This document shows positions 30,918-40,129 of a stretch of DNA of 64,000 nucleotides, in pieces. The position numbers and the translations under genes were made by a program. The notes under the pieces were generated by a model. It had not been told where the DNA came from. It searched no databases and worked only from the letters and a program-made list of their open reading frames with translations. Numbering within the stretch: the first letter of the stretch is position 1; every line of letters starts with the position of its first letter. Source of the stretch: an uncultured Acidobacteriota bacterium (GTDB taxonomy: Bacteria; Acidobacteriota; UBA6911; RPQK01); contig CAYQYP010000460.1 of the NCBI GenBank assembly GCA_964421755.1, positions 17,487 to 81,486 of the forward strand, written 5' to 3'.

Positions 30918-30920
30918 GCC

Positions 30921-32660
30921 TTAGTTGATCCGGATATTCGGGGCGAGCACCCAAGGCGCCGGGGTGCTCATCGCGCTGGCTTCCGCCTCGACCCATTCCC
31001 TCAATGACTTGGGAGCCGAGAGCCTCACCGGCAACAAATCGCCGCTCGACAGGGACTCCCACAAACTTTGTGGCCGCGGGTACAGCATCAGCTGGAGTTT
31101 TTCTCCTTTAGCCATCTTGAGTGCCTCTTTCATTCGAGCGACGGCTGTCTCGATGCCCCCCACGTCATCCACCAGCCCGGCGTTGAGCGCCTGGCTGCCG
31201 GTGTAGATTCTCCCGTGCGCTTTAGGCTCCAGTTGATCGTAGCCCATCTTCCGGCCCTTGGCAGCCTTTGTGACGAACACGTTGTACACCTCGGCCATCC
31301 ACGTCTCGATCTGCTGCTTCTGCTCATCGGTCAGAGAACTGCTGAACGAAAAAATATCCGCGTTTGGCGCGAGCTTAATCTGCTCGATGTCCATACCGAT
31401 CCAATCGTAGAACCCGCTCAGATCAAATTTGCCGAAGATGACTCCGATCGAACCGGTAATCGTGGACGGTTGGGTCACTATACGGCGGGCATCCATCGCG
31501 ATGTAATACCCGCCCGACGCCGCTACTCCGGACATCGAAACGATGACGGGCTTGCCGGCCTTTTCGAGCATGCGGACTTCTTCCCAAACCATCTCTGATC
31601 CGACGACTGAGCCGCCCGGGCTGTTGACGCGGAGGATGACTCCTTCGACGGACTTGTCGTCGCGCAACCGGCGTAGATTCGTTGCGAGCGTGTTCCCGCC
31701 CACAATTCCCGCCATCGACTCGCTGTCCCCGGAGGTAATGGTGCCCTCGGCAACCACGTAGGCGACTTTCTTTCGGGAACCACCACCAGATGCGCTCGCC
31801 GCTGAGCGATATCTGCCGGCGCTGATCCCCTTGTATTCCTTGCGCTTGCCCCCTGAGAACTTCAGCTTTTCGCGCACTTCGTGCTTATAGGCGCGAAAAT
31901 CAATCAGCCGGTTTTCGAGGGCTTGCTTGTCGGTCACGATACCCTTCGACATCAAGGCCAATAGACGAGGCTCGGCGATCTTTCGCTCGGCGACTACAGT
32001 TTTTACGAAACGATTCTGGATATCCTGGACGACGCCTTCGAGCATCGCTCGATACTCGGGTGTCATGCTCTCTCGAGAGTAACTGCCCGGGTTCTTGTAT
32101 TCCTTGAACTGGATGAACTCCGGCTTGATATGGAGCTTGTCGAGCGTATTCTTGTAGAAAGTCACTTCAGCTAGCAGCCCGTTGACCAGGAGGCCCGTGC
32201 CTGGGGTGAGATAAATCGCGGTCGTGGGAGCAGTCAGGTAAATTTCCTGTTCCGTAACCACGTCGACGGCCAGATACGAGTGAATCGGTTTTCCCGAGGT
32301 TCGAAAGGCCTTCATCATGTCCCGGATCTCTTCGATCTCCGCCCAGCTCATTGAGAGCGGATGGACTTCCAGGTATACGGCTTTGATCCGGTCGTCCGTC
32401 GCTGCTCGGTCGAAAATCTGGCGCAATTCCCAGAGACTGAGTCCTGACGGCTGGAACAGCTCGACAAACGGATTGGGGGAGGGGATTTCGGGGACCCCGC
32501 CTCCGATGTTGACTTCAAGGACGCTTCCCTCAGCTACCGAAACGGGCTCGCGCATGAGCCAAAAGATGGCGAAGCCGGCCGCGATAGCAATTCCGATCAC
32601 GACCAGCAGAATAATCACAACAATCAAACCTCTTCGTCCGCTCATTGGTTTTCTCCTCAA
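30921..32660 (-). CDS. sppA: Signal peptide peptidase SppA (67K type, duplicated ClpP-like domains)
   Basis: 579 aa; N-terminal TM anchor, two S49 peptidase domains. Confidence 0.8.
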   Translation of the reverse strand: MRRKPMSGRRGLIVVIILLVVIGIAIAAGFAIFWLMREPVSVAEGSVLEVNIGGGVPEIPSPNPFVELFQPSGLSLWELRQIFDRAATDDRIKAVYLEVHPLSMSWAEIEEIRDMMKAFRTSGKPIHSYLAVDVVTEQEIYLTAPTTAIYLTPGTGLLVNGLLAEVTFYKNTLDKLHIKPEFIQFKEYKNPGSYSRESMTPEYRAMLEGVVQDIQNRFVKTVVAERKIAEPRLLALMSKGIVTDKQALENRLIDFRAYKHEVREKLKFSGGKRKEYKGISAGRYRSAASASGGGSRKKVAYVVAEGTITSGDSESMAGIVGGNTLATNLRRLRDDKSVEGVILRVNSPGGSVVGSEMVWEEVRMLEKAGKPVIVSMSGVAASGGYYIAMDARRIVTQPSTITGSIGVIFGKFDLSGFYDWIGMDIEQIKLAPNADIFSFSSSLTDEQKQQIETWMAEVYNVFVTKAAKGRKMGYDQLEPKAHGRIYTGSQALNAGLVDDVGGIETAVARMKEALKMAKGEKLQLMLYPRPQSLWESLSSGDLLPVRLSAPKSLREWVEAEASAMSTPAPWVLAPNIRIN

Positions 32661-32703
32661 TCGATTGTATTCTGAGCGTGCGGTTTAACGTCAAAAAACT
32701 TTG

Positions 32704-32769
32704 TCTGAAGCCCGAGACAAAGGCCAATCAGGAGCGCGGACGTCCGGCCCGCTTCAGACGAACAGGAGG
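32704..32769. repeat. REP-like element, copy 3, nested in an outer hairpin GTCTGAAGC...GCTTCAGAC
   Basis: Same 14-nt core GGAGCGCGGACGTC at 32741; lies in the divergent sppA/32774 promoter region. Confidence 0.45.
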
Positions 32770-32773
32770 GACT

Positions 32774-33655
32774 ATGGATGCCGTCCGAGTGGGATTCGTG
32801 GGTTTGGGAATCATGGGAAAGCCGATGGCGGGACACCTGCTGAAGGCTGGATATCCGCTCACCGTCTTTAACCGAACCAGATCCAAGACGGACGAGCTTG
32901 GCTCGCAGGGGGCTCGGGTTGCATCCACGCCGGCGGAGGTGGGCGCGAACGCCGACATCGTTATCACCATGGTTTCCGATTCCCCGGACGTGCAGGAAGT
33001 GGTCGCCGGTAAGAACGGCGTTATCGAAGGCCTTGCGCCCGGTGGCCTCGTCATTGACATGAGCACAATCTCGCCGGCCGTAGAACGCGAGCTCGACCGG
33101 CAGTTGCGGGAACGAGGCTGCAGCCTCGTAGACGCGCCCGTTTCTGGAGGGGATGTAGGCGCAAAAAACGCCACGCTGGCCATCATGGCGGGAGGCGAGA
33201 AAGCAGACGTCGAGCGTGCGACTCCCGTTTTCCAGAAACTCGGAAAGACGATCACCTATTGTGGGGCGGTGGGGAACGGCCAACTGACCAAGCTCTGCAA
33301 TCAGATCCTGGTTTCGATTAACTTGCTGGCTGTCTCAGAAGCCGTCCTGTTTGCCCGCGCAAACAACCTCGATCCGCTGACCATGATTCAGGCAGTTCAA
33401 GGCGGCGCCGCAGGGAGCTGGCAGCTGGCGAATCTCGGCCCCCGTGTCGTCAAGCGGGATTTCGCTCCCGGCTTCATGATCGACCTGATGCAAAAAGACC
33501 TCCGCCTGGTCCTGCAGGCGGCTGATTTGACTCCGACATGTCTTCCAGCTGCGAGCCTCGTGCATCAGCTTATGTCCGCCGCCCAAGCCGCCGGCCAGGG
33601 CCGAGAGGGAACGCAGGGCCTGGCTAAAGTGCTCGAGAAACTGTCGAGTCTTTGA
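32774..33655 (+). CDS. NAD(P)-dependent 3-hydroxyisobutyrate/2-hydroxy-3-oxopropionate reductase family oxidoreductase
   Basis: VGFVGLGIMGKPMAGHL Rossmann motif; start at ATG 32774 after AGGAGGG (track ORF is extended upstream). Confidence 0.75.
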   Translation: MDAVRVGFVGLGIMGKPMAGHLLKAGYPLTVFNRTRSKTDELGSQGARVASTPAEVGANADIVITMVSDSPDVQEVVAGKNGVIEGLAPGGLVIDMSTISPAVERELDRQLRERGCSLVDAPVSGGDVGAKNATLAIMAGGEKADVERATPVFQKLGKTITYCGAVGNGQLTKLCNQILVSINLLAVSEAVLFARANNLDPLTMIQAVQGGAAGSWQLANLGPRVVKRDFAPGFMIDLMQKDLRLVLQAADLTPTCLPAASLVHQLMSAAQAAGQGREGTQGLAKVLEKLSSL

Positions 33656-33658
33656 GTG

Positions 33659-34048
33659 TCAGCCACGAGTCGCGCTGACACCCGCAGTCGCGGCACCCCA
33701 GGCCAGGAGGACCCACCCAACGAGGAGGGCGGTCCCGCCGATCGGCGTTACCGCCCCCAGCCAGCGCTGACCTGTCAGCGTCAATAGATAGAGGGTGCCT
33801 GAGAAAATGACCACGCCTGCTGCGAAAAACCACCCGGCCCAGGAAAGAGCCTGGCTGTTAAAACGGGTCAGGATGAATCCCGTGAGAACCAAAGCGAGGG
33901 CGTGATACATCTGGTAGCGGACACCGACTTCGAACACCTGGAGCAAGTCCGCCGACAGCCGGTTCTTCAGCGCATGGCTGCCAAAAGCGCCGGCGGCAAC
34001 GCCGAGAAAGCCGAACAGCGCACCGATCACCATGAATAGTCGTTCCAT
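33659..34048 (-). CDS. DUF423-family small membrane protein
   Basis: 129 aa, four TM helices, GAFGSHAL motif. Confidence 0.6.
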   Translation of the reverse strand: MERLFMVIGALFGFLGVAAGAFGSHALKNRLSADLLQVFEVGVRYQMYHALALVLTGFILTRFNSQALSWAGWFFAAGVVIFSGTLYLLTLTGQRWLGAVTPIGGTALLVGWVLLAWGAATAGVSATRG

Positions 34049-34148
34049 GCAATCACTATAGCGCGCGCCCGAGATGAAACACCTTTGGGTTTTGCATATA
34101 CTGCAGTAAGGTCGGCAATCGAGCTATCCACCGCGGGAGGCGACACGC

Positions 34149-34598
34149 ATGGACGCGAAGAAGAATTGCTGGTGCGGCTTGGAGGTTGCAGAAGAGGGTA
34201 TCAGGCTCTGCCTTCTCGGTGAGAAAGCGGACAAGCAGCGCCGTGAATTCGGCAACCGTGTGGAGGACCATCAGGCCCTGGCTGACTGGTTAGCCGCCGA
34301 AGGGTGCACCCACATCGCGCTTAACCCCGTCCACCCGGGGTGGAAACCTCTCTATGGACTGCTGAAGAAGAGATTCACCACCGTTAAGGTCGTGGAGGAT
34401 AGGACAATCACCCAATCGAAGGCGGGCCTTGGCGACTGCTGCTGCGAGTGGTTGGCCGATCTGCTGCGAACCGGGCAGCTTGACAAACTTGACCAGGTCG
34501 AGCCAATCGGTGACCGTACGCCTCATTCCGACGAAGATGCTCTTGGAGGACAGCCGGGCAAGGGACCGGAGCATTCGGGGGAAAAGACGCGGCGCTGA
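34149..34598 (+). pseudogene. Degraded IS110-family transposase N-terminal fragment
   Basis: 149 aa; ...CTHIALNPVHPGWKPLYGLLKKRFTTVKVVEDRTITQSK resembles the IS110 DEDD-domain block (V-MEATG-YWKPV-NLLE...V-VVNP), including the YWKP-like motif, but catalytic positions are substituted; the C-terminal ~200 aa transposase domain is absent. Confidence 0.45.
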
Positions 34599-34600
34599 CG

Positions 34601-34923
34601 GCGACTGCGCCCTGCCCACTGCGCAGCCCACTGCGCACTACCCACTGCGCACTGCCGACTGCAACTGCCCACTGCGCACTGCCGAACTGACGACGGCCGG
34701 GCAGGTGGTCGGCCTTCCGTTGGTCCGACTTCCAAGTCGGACACTTTCGGCCCGTTTGAGAATTTTCAAATCTGGTAGTGGCCAGTGGCCAGTGGTCAGA
34801 AGGTGTGAAAAAATCGTGAGACCGCATTTCGACCCCCAGGGGGTCGAAGACGTACATTCGCCTCGTCTCTCGATTCTTTCACACCTTCTCAGTTGTCAGT
34901 GGCCAGTGGTCAGTGCGCAGTGG
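34601..34923. repeat. Composite structured element: degenerate CCCACTGCGCACT repeats, perfect hairpin GTCCGAC-TTCCAA-GTCGGAC, then a 145-bp module with CAGTGGCCAGTGG direct repeats flanking inverted repeats CAGAAGGTGTGAAA/TTTCACACCTTCTCA around an inner hairpin TCGACCCCCAGGGGGTCGA
   Basis: Read directly; starts 3 nt after the stop of the IS110 relic and ends at the ppdK terminator. Confidence 0.8.
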
Positions 34924-34925
34924 AA

Positions 34926-34958
34926 CAAAAAAGGGCGGCTCGGAGCCGCCCTTTTTTG
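34926..34958. terminator. Bidirectional rho-independent terminator (A7-GGGCGGCTC-GGA-GCCGCCC-T6)
   Basis: Perfect 9-bp GC stem flanked by an A-run and a T-run; 20 nt after the ppdK stop. Confidence 0.85.
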
Positions 34959-34977
34959 CTGTAGGGGGATGCTTCTT

Positions 34978-37674
34978 TTAGCTGTTCTTGATTGCTGCCT
35001 GGGCCGCCGCGAGACGGGCGACCGGAACGCGGAACGGGGAGCAGCTCACGTAGTTCTGGTTGATGTTGTGGCAGAACTCGATGGAGGCAGGATCGCCGCC
35101 GTGCTCGCCGCAGATCCCGACTTCGAGGTCGGGCCGCGCCGCGCGTCCCTTCTCCACCGCCATCTTCATCAACTGGCCGACACCTTCCTGGTCCAGTGTC
35201 TGGAAGGGATTCTTGGGCAGAATTCCCTTCTCGACATAGTCGAGCAGGAATCTGGCTTCGGCGTCATCACGGGAATAGCCGAAGGTCATCTGGGTCAGAT
35301 CGTTGGTTCCGAACGAGAAGAACTCGGCAAGACCGGCGATCTCGTCGGCGGTCACAGCCGCACGCGGAATCTCGATCATCGTCCCGAACTTGTAATCCAC
35401 GTGCACGTTCTTCTCGGCCATGACTGCCTTGGCCACTTCCTCGAGCTGAGGCTGGATGATCTTCAGTTCATTCACGTGGCCGGTCAGTGGGATCATGACC
35501 TCGGGCTTCACGACCACCCCCTGGTTCGCCATATTGCAGGCCGCCTCGAAGATCGCCCGAACCTGCATCTTGACGATGCCAGGCATGACGATGCTCAAAC
35601 GGATTCCGCGCATACCCATCATCGGGTTGCTCTCGTGCATCGACTCGACCGCCTTCAGGAGCTTCTCGTCTTCGGCCAAGCCTTCGGTTTCACCCTTGAC
35701 CCGCTTGGTAATTACTTTCTCAAGCAGATCCTGGTGATGAGGCAGGAACTCATGCAGCGGCGGGTCGATCAAGCGGATGATAACCGGCAGGCCGTCCATT
35801 GCCTTGAAAATCCCTTCGAAGTCGCTTCTCTGGAAAGGCAGCAACTCGGACAGGGCCTGATCGCGGGTCTCCTCGTTCTCGGCCAGAATCATGCGCTGAA
35901 CGATGGGAAGTCTCACTTCCTCGAAGAACATGTGCTCGGTCCGGCACAGGCCGATGCCCTGGGCGCCGAAAGAGCGGGCACGCTTGGCATCGTCCGGGTA
36001 GTCCGCGTTGGCCCAGACTTGGAGGCGACGGAACTCGTCGGCCCAGCAGAGCAGGGTGATGAGGTCCGTCTGCTCCTCAAACTTCGGGTGCACGGTCGGA
36101 ATCTGGCCTGCGATGGCTTCGCCGGTGGCGCCGTCAATAGAAATCCAGTCGCCTTCTTTCACAACAACGCCGTGCGCCGTGAACTGGCGCTTCTTCAGGT
36201 CGATCTTGACGTCGCTCGCACCCACGATGCACGGGACCCCAAACTGACGGGCCACAACCGCCGCGTGGCTGGTCGCGCCGCCTTCACTTGTCAAAATGCC
36301 TTTGGCAGCGAGCATTCCGTGAACGTCATCCGGTTTCGTAAAGGGACGGACCATGATGACGGCTTTGCCGGACTTGCCCCACTCTTCGGCGATGTCCGCG
36401 TCGAAAGCAGCGACGCCGACGGCGGCGCCGGGTGATGCGTTGACGCCCTTGGCGAGCAGTCGGCCTTCTTTGGCGGCCGCTTTCTTTGCGTCGGGGTCAA
36501 AGCCGGGGTGAAGCAGGGTATCAACGTCTGCAGGCTTCACACGCATCACGGCTTCTTTCTTTGTGATGAGCCCTTCGTTGGCCATGTCTACGGCGATCTT
36601 CACGGCGGCCTTCGAAGTGCGCTTGCCGTCGCGTGTCTGCAGCATGTACAGCTTCTGGCGCTCAATCGTAAACTCGACGTCCTGCATCTCCTTGTAGTGG
36701 AGCTCGAGTTTCTTGCAGATGTCCTGGAACTGCGCGAAAGCGGCGGGCAGGTCCTTTTCGAGGTCGGCGATTTTCTTGGTGTTGCGGATCCCGGCCACTA
36801 CGTCTTCGCCCTGCGCGTTGAGCAGATAATCCCCGTAAAGCAGTCTCTCGCCAGTCGCGGGATTGCGGGTAAAGGTGACGCCCGTTCCCGAGTCATCGCC
36901 CATGTTTCCGAACACCATCGTCTGAATGTTGACGGCCGTTCCGAGGTCGTGCGGGATTTGGGCGGCGTTGCGGTAGTCGACCGCGCGCTTTCCGTTCCAG
37001 CTCTTGAATACCGCTTCGGTCGCGAGCTTCAGCTGCTGGTACGGGTCCTGAGGAAAATCAAAGCCCTTTTCCTCCTTGACGATCTTCTTGAAGACTTCGA
37101 CCAGTCCCTTCCAATCCTGGGCGGTCAGCTCGGTATCCGACTTGACGCCTTGCTTGGCCTTCACTTCGTCCAGCGCTTCTTCAAACGGCTCGTCTGCAAT
37201 GTTGAGAACAACACAGCCGAACATCTGGATCAGGCGTCGGTATGAGTCGTAGACGAAGCGTTCGTCGCCCGTCAGCTTGATCATGCCTTGGACGCTCGCA
37301 TCGTTCAGGCCCAGGTTGAGCACCGTGTCCATCATGCCGGGCATCGAGAACTTCGCGCCGGAGCGGCAGGAAACCAGAAGCGGATTGTTCGGATCGCCGA
37401 ACTTTTTGCCGGTCTTGCTCTCGACCTTCTTCATGGCTTCGAGCTCTTGTTCCCATTGTCCTTCGGGGAACACCTCGCCCGCCTTCTGGTACGCGTTGCA
37501 TGCCTCGGTGGTTACAGTGAATCCGGGCGGGACTGGAAGTCCGATACGAGTCATCTCGGCCAGGTTGGCTCCCTTGCCTCCAAGCAGGGCCTTGACCCTG
37601 TCCCAACTCCCGGGGCCGACTTTCTTCTCGGCTTGATCCAGTTCCTCAAACAAATAGACCCATTTGTACGACAT
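34978..37674 (-). CDS. ppdK: Pyruvate, phosphate dikinase
   Basis: Track ORF extends to 37785; true start MSYKWVYLFEELD at 37674 with RBS AGGAGGA and upstream sigma70 promoter; PEP-utilising His domain and C-terminal TIM-barrel motifs. Confidence 0.9.
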   Translation of the reverse strand: MSYKWVYLFEELDQAEKKVGPGSWDRVKALLGGKGANLAEMTRIGLPVPPGFTVTTEACNAYQKAGEVFPEGQWEQELEAMKKVESKTGKKFGDPNNPLLVSCRSGAKFSMPGMMDTVLNLGLNDASVQGMIKLTGDERFVYDSYRRLIQMFGCVVLNIADEPFEEALDEVKAKQGVKSDTELTAQDWKGLVEVFKKIVKEEKGFDFPQDPYQQLKLATEAVFKSWNGKRAVDYRNAAQIPHDLGTAVNIQTMVFGNMGDDSGTGVTFTRNPATGERLLYGDYLLNAQGEDVVAGIRNTKKIADLEKDLPAAFAQFQDICKKLELHYKEMQDVEFTIERQKLYMLQTRDGKRTSKAAVKIAVDMANEGLITKKEAVMRVKPADVDTLLHPGFDPDAKKAAAKEGRLLAKGVNASPGAAVGVAAFDADIAEEWGKSGKAVIMVRPFTKPDDVHGMLAAKGILTSEGGATSHAAVVARQFGVPCIVGASDVKIDLKKRQFTAHGVVVKEGDWISIDGATGEAIAGQIPTVHPKFEEQTDLITLLCWADEFRRLQVWANADYPDDAKRARSFGAQGIGLCRTEHMFFEEVRLPIVQRMILAENEETRDQALSELLPFQRSDFEGIFKAMDGLPVIIRLIDPPLHEFLPHHQDLLEKVITKRVKGETEGLAEDEKLLKAVESMHESNPMMGMRGIRLSIVMPGIVKMQVRAIFEAACNMANQGVVVKPEVMIPLTGHVNELKIIQPQLEEVAKAVMAEKNVHVDYKFGTMIEIPRAAVTADEIAGLAEFFSFGTNDLTQMTFGYSRDDAEARFLLDYVEKGILPKNPFQTLDQEGVGQLMKMAVEKGRAARPDLEVGICGEHGGDPASIEFCHNINQNYVSCSPFRVPVARLAAAQAAIKNS

Positions 37675-37756
37675 GAAAATGTCCTCCTTCTCGCTTTCAG
37701 GCAAAGATTTTTCAGAAATGGTTACGACTGCGCGCCCGCATTTTGATAAAGCGGTC

Positions 37757-37785
37757 ATTATACAGAGGCGGCTGTGAGGTGGCAA
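37757..37785 (-). promoter_or_regulatory. Sigma70-type promoter for ppdK (-35 TTGCCA, 17-nt spacer, -10 TATAAT)
   Basis: Minus strand reads ttgccacctcacagccgcctctgTATAAT, ~75 nt upstream of the ppdK start. Confidence 0.6.
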
Positions 37786-37788
37786 CCT

Positions 37789-37816
37789 CTAGGTACATCT
37801 CCTGTAGGTACATCTC
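37789..37816. promoter_or_regulatory. 12-bp direct repeat (AGGTACATCTCC)x2 with a 4-nt spacer just upstream of the ppdK -35; candidate activator site
   Basis: ctAGGTACATCTCCtgtAGGTACATCTCCgg. Confidence 0.45.
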
Positions 37817-37856
37817 CGGGGGGCCGACGGCCGGGGCGCCAAGCGGCTCCCGGCCA

Positions 37857-38402
37857 TTAGTGGACGCTCTTGTGGATCAACTGATCGATCTCATCGGCGG
37901 TTGCTGCCCCCTGGGCAAGCAAGTCGAAGAGGACTTCGAAATCCCAGTCAGGCGGCAGGGCAAGCTTCTTGGCTAGAATCTCGCGCTCGAGTGGGTGCAC
38001 GCCGTCAAGGACCATTGCCTCGAGATGGTGAATGTCCACCGCCCCGAGTGGGCAGCTGGCGATCTCGATCGGCAGCCTGCAGCCTTCGAGCACGTATGCG
38101 GTCTTTTGGCTGGCGAAGCCCATGTAATCGGCCTCGTCCGCCGGCGGCCCATACCCCGAGTACTCGATCTTCTCGACGCGGACGCTGGCCCCGGTCTTCT
38201 CGTTGAATAACTTTATAAAAAGGTCGTCGGCGACGCGATCCTCCGGTATGACGGCCAGAAGACCCTGGGGCTCTTCCCCGTTGTCGTCGAAGATTGCCGC
38301 AGCCCCGGAGGCCTCCGGGCCCGCCACGCGGGCCAATATGGCCCTGGCTTCATCGAGATTCCGGTACTTCACTGCATTGATTATCTTGGTGGGCACATTC
38401 AT
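37857..38402 (-). CDS. Hypothetical protein (181 aa), directly upstream of ppdK on the same strand
   Basis: No motif I recognise; acidic, non-membrane. Confidence 0.5.
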   Translation of the reverse strand: MNVPTKIINAVKYRNLDEARAILARVAGPEASGAAAIFDDNGEEPQGLLAVIPEDRVADDLFIKLFNEKTGASVRVEKIEYSGYGPPADEADYMGFASQKTAYVLEGCRLPIEIASCPLGAVDIHHLEAMVLDGVHPLEREILAKKLALPPDWDFEVLFDLLAQGAATADEIDQLIHKSVH

Positions 38403-38518
38403 GGGTTGCCTCGTTCGGTCTTTATGGTATCATCCGGACTCGCCAGACGGAGTAACCCGGTTTGAGACTAAGAGTCAGCCGGGTGTATCTCCCACTCAGT
38501 GCAGTGAAAGGAGGGGGG

Positions 38519-39232
38519 ATGAAAACCGTAAACGCCTATCTTCAGGACAGACATCGCCCACCCAAGAGTCTGTTCGGCTTCGGTATCTTCCTTATCTTCG
38601 TTTTCTTTTCAGGCACCCTGACGGCAAGTGGTGTGAGCCGCAAGGACAGGTTTTGGGACCAGGTGGATGTTGCGCCGATTCTGCAGGCGGGTCTCAGGCA
38701 CCAGGGACTGGTCTCCGGACAGGACTTCGAACAGCTGGTGCGAAGCAATTTCCGGTTCATCTATTTCAACGCATTGCGCCAGGACCTGTTTCTTTCCATG
38801 CCGAAGCCCGAAAAGGTGGCGGGGAGAATTGCCAAGGTATTCGAGTTGTCCGAGCACATCCGCACCCTGGTTGAGGAAGGTCGAAATCTCCCGGCAGATT
38901 GCGAGTCATCACGTCGCAAGCAACTGGTCGACGAACTCGGCCGTTCCTCGGAAGAGTTGTATACAACCGTACACGACTTCTTCGCCGAGGGACACGTCAG
39001 CCGGTACGAGTGCAACCTGGGAGTCGTGCGGGGCACTGATCGGCCGTTGTTCTCCGACTATCTGGATGAATGCGCTGGTATATGCCAGATGTTGGACAAG
39101 GAGTTGGTCCGTTATTTTCTGAATCCCGCCCCGGGGGTCGTGCAGTTGTCCGATTACCAGAGTGTCTCCATCGAAGTCCTCAGCGTGACTTTGCGACGCC
39201 TCAGTCTCTATGTCTTAAAAACGATGGAGTGA
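38519..39232 (+). CDS. Hypothetical signal-anchored protein
   Basis: Strong RBS GAAAGGAGGGGGGATG; N-terminal TM (FGFGIFLIFVFFSGTLTA); track ORF 38462 is N-terminally extended. Confidence 0.5.
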   Translation: MKTVNAYLQDRHRPPKSLFGFGIFLIFVFFSGTLTASGVSRKDRFWDQVDVAPILQAGLRHQGLVSGQDFEQLVRSNFRFIYFNALRQDLFLSMPKPEKVAGRIAKVFELSEHIRTLVEEGRNLPADCESSRRKQLVDELGRSSEELYTTVHDFFAEGHVSRYECNLGVVRGTDRPLFSDYLDECAGICQMLDKELVRYFLNPAPGVVQLSDYQSVSIEVLSVTLRRLSLYVLKTME

Positions 39233-39276
39233 GCGGGATAAATCGGGGAAAAGTTCCCCGATTCTCGGAAAAGAGC

Positions 39277-39792
39277 TTAGATGAAGATCTCCTGATCCGA
39301 GGAGTAGCTCGCAGGGGACCGGTCCTGATGCCTCAGCTTCCCCATGAGCCCCGCTGCGGACTGCATGAGCTCCGAAATGCGCAGGCCCGGATGCACGATT
39401 GCCCGGTGGACCCTGAACGTCTGGCGGGAGAAGCCGGCCAACGTCTCGTCGGCCAGGCTATCGAACCTGACAAGGCCTGTTCGCGCCCTCTCCAGCACTT
39501 CTCCTATGGCGAGATCATTCTTCCTAATCCATTCGGTGACCTGCCGTACCAGCGCCGGCCCGCGGTCCTGGAGCTTTGCGACCTTGTCATAAATACCATC
39601 TGTATGAGCGACCAGCTGTCGCAAAGACGTGCTGGCTGCGTTTGCCTGTAAGAGAAGGGCCGTCAGGCGGGGTCTCAGTGCCTCGAGTTCCCTGGAAAAG
39701 CGTGTAAAAAGGACGAACACCAGTAGACCCTGGGCGACCACCAGGATACCCATTACGAGGACAGCGACCTGGAATAGAGGGCTGGCTTGCAT
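39277..39792 (-). CDS. Hypothetical membrane-anchored coiled-coil protein (DUF948-like)
   Basis: N-terminal TM helix then a long helical region; 171 aa. Confidence 0.45.
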   Translation of the reverse strand: MQASPLFQVAVLVMGILVVAQGLLVFVLFTRFSRELEALRPRLTALLLQANAASTSLRQLVAHTDGIYDKVAKLQDRGPALVRQVTEWIRKNDLAIGEVLERARTGLVRFDSLADETLAGFSRQTFRVHRAIVHPGLRISELMQSAAGLMGKLRHQDRSPASYSSDQEIFI

Positions 39793-39825
39793 TTCGCTCA
39801 GAACCTTAGCACAAAGGGCTGTCGT

Positions 39826-39996
39826 CTACCGGCCGGATTGATCGTCTCTGGGCAGACTCTGACGCCGCACCCAGGCCTTGACCGTCTGAAAGCCGAGGAA
39901 ATGGTTGCTGATAAAATACATCAGGATATAAACCGACAGGAAAACGTAGAATGCGGTTATCGACAGCAAAAGTGTGAATACTGCAAAACTGCTCAT
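39826..39996 (-). CDS. Small hydrophobic protein (56 aa), not in the ORF track (<60 aa)
   Basis: ATG preceded by AAGGAGA at 8 nt; MSSFAVFTLLLSITAFYVFLSVYILMYFISNHF... predicts two TM helices; ends 34 nt upstream of the 39792 gene. Confidence 0.35.
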   Translation of the reverse strand: MSSFAVFTLLLSITAFYVFLSVYILMYFISNHFLGFQTVKAWVRRQSLPRDDQSGR

Positions 39997-40129
39997 ACTT
40001 CGTCTCCTTACAAGCTATACAGATGCAATCGACGGGCCAGAGTCTGCAAAGGATTCGAAAAAAGTAGCTGAAGGGACTCTTCCGATCTCGAAACGCCTTG
40101 ACACAAGCAGCCTGGGAAGGGAACACGCG

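Noticed and set aside
30596-31062. ORFs 30596..30835(+), 30601..30789(-), 30811..31062(-), 30321..30779(-) with DYDYDHDHDHE or SLSPCLLVS-type repeats
   Set aside because: They are translations through the tandem-repeat palindrome. They overlap each other on both strands and have no start or RBS context.
13662-34925. CRISPR array hypothesis for the tandem repeat loci
   Set aside because: The units are 6-9 nt with no unique spacers of regular length, and there are no cas genes in the window.
38203-38874. ORF 38203..38874 (+), 223 aa
   Set aside because: It overlaps, in another frame, the better-supported 38519..39232 gene (strong RBS, signal anchor) and the promoter region of the divergent 37857..38402 gene. 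Its composition is Arg/Ser/Gly-rich.
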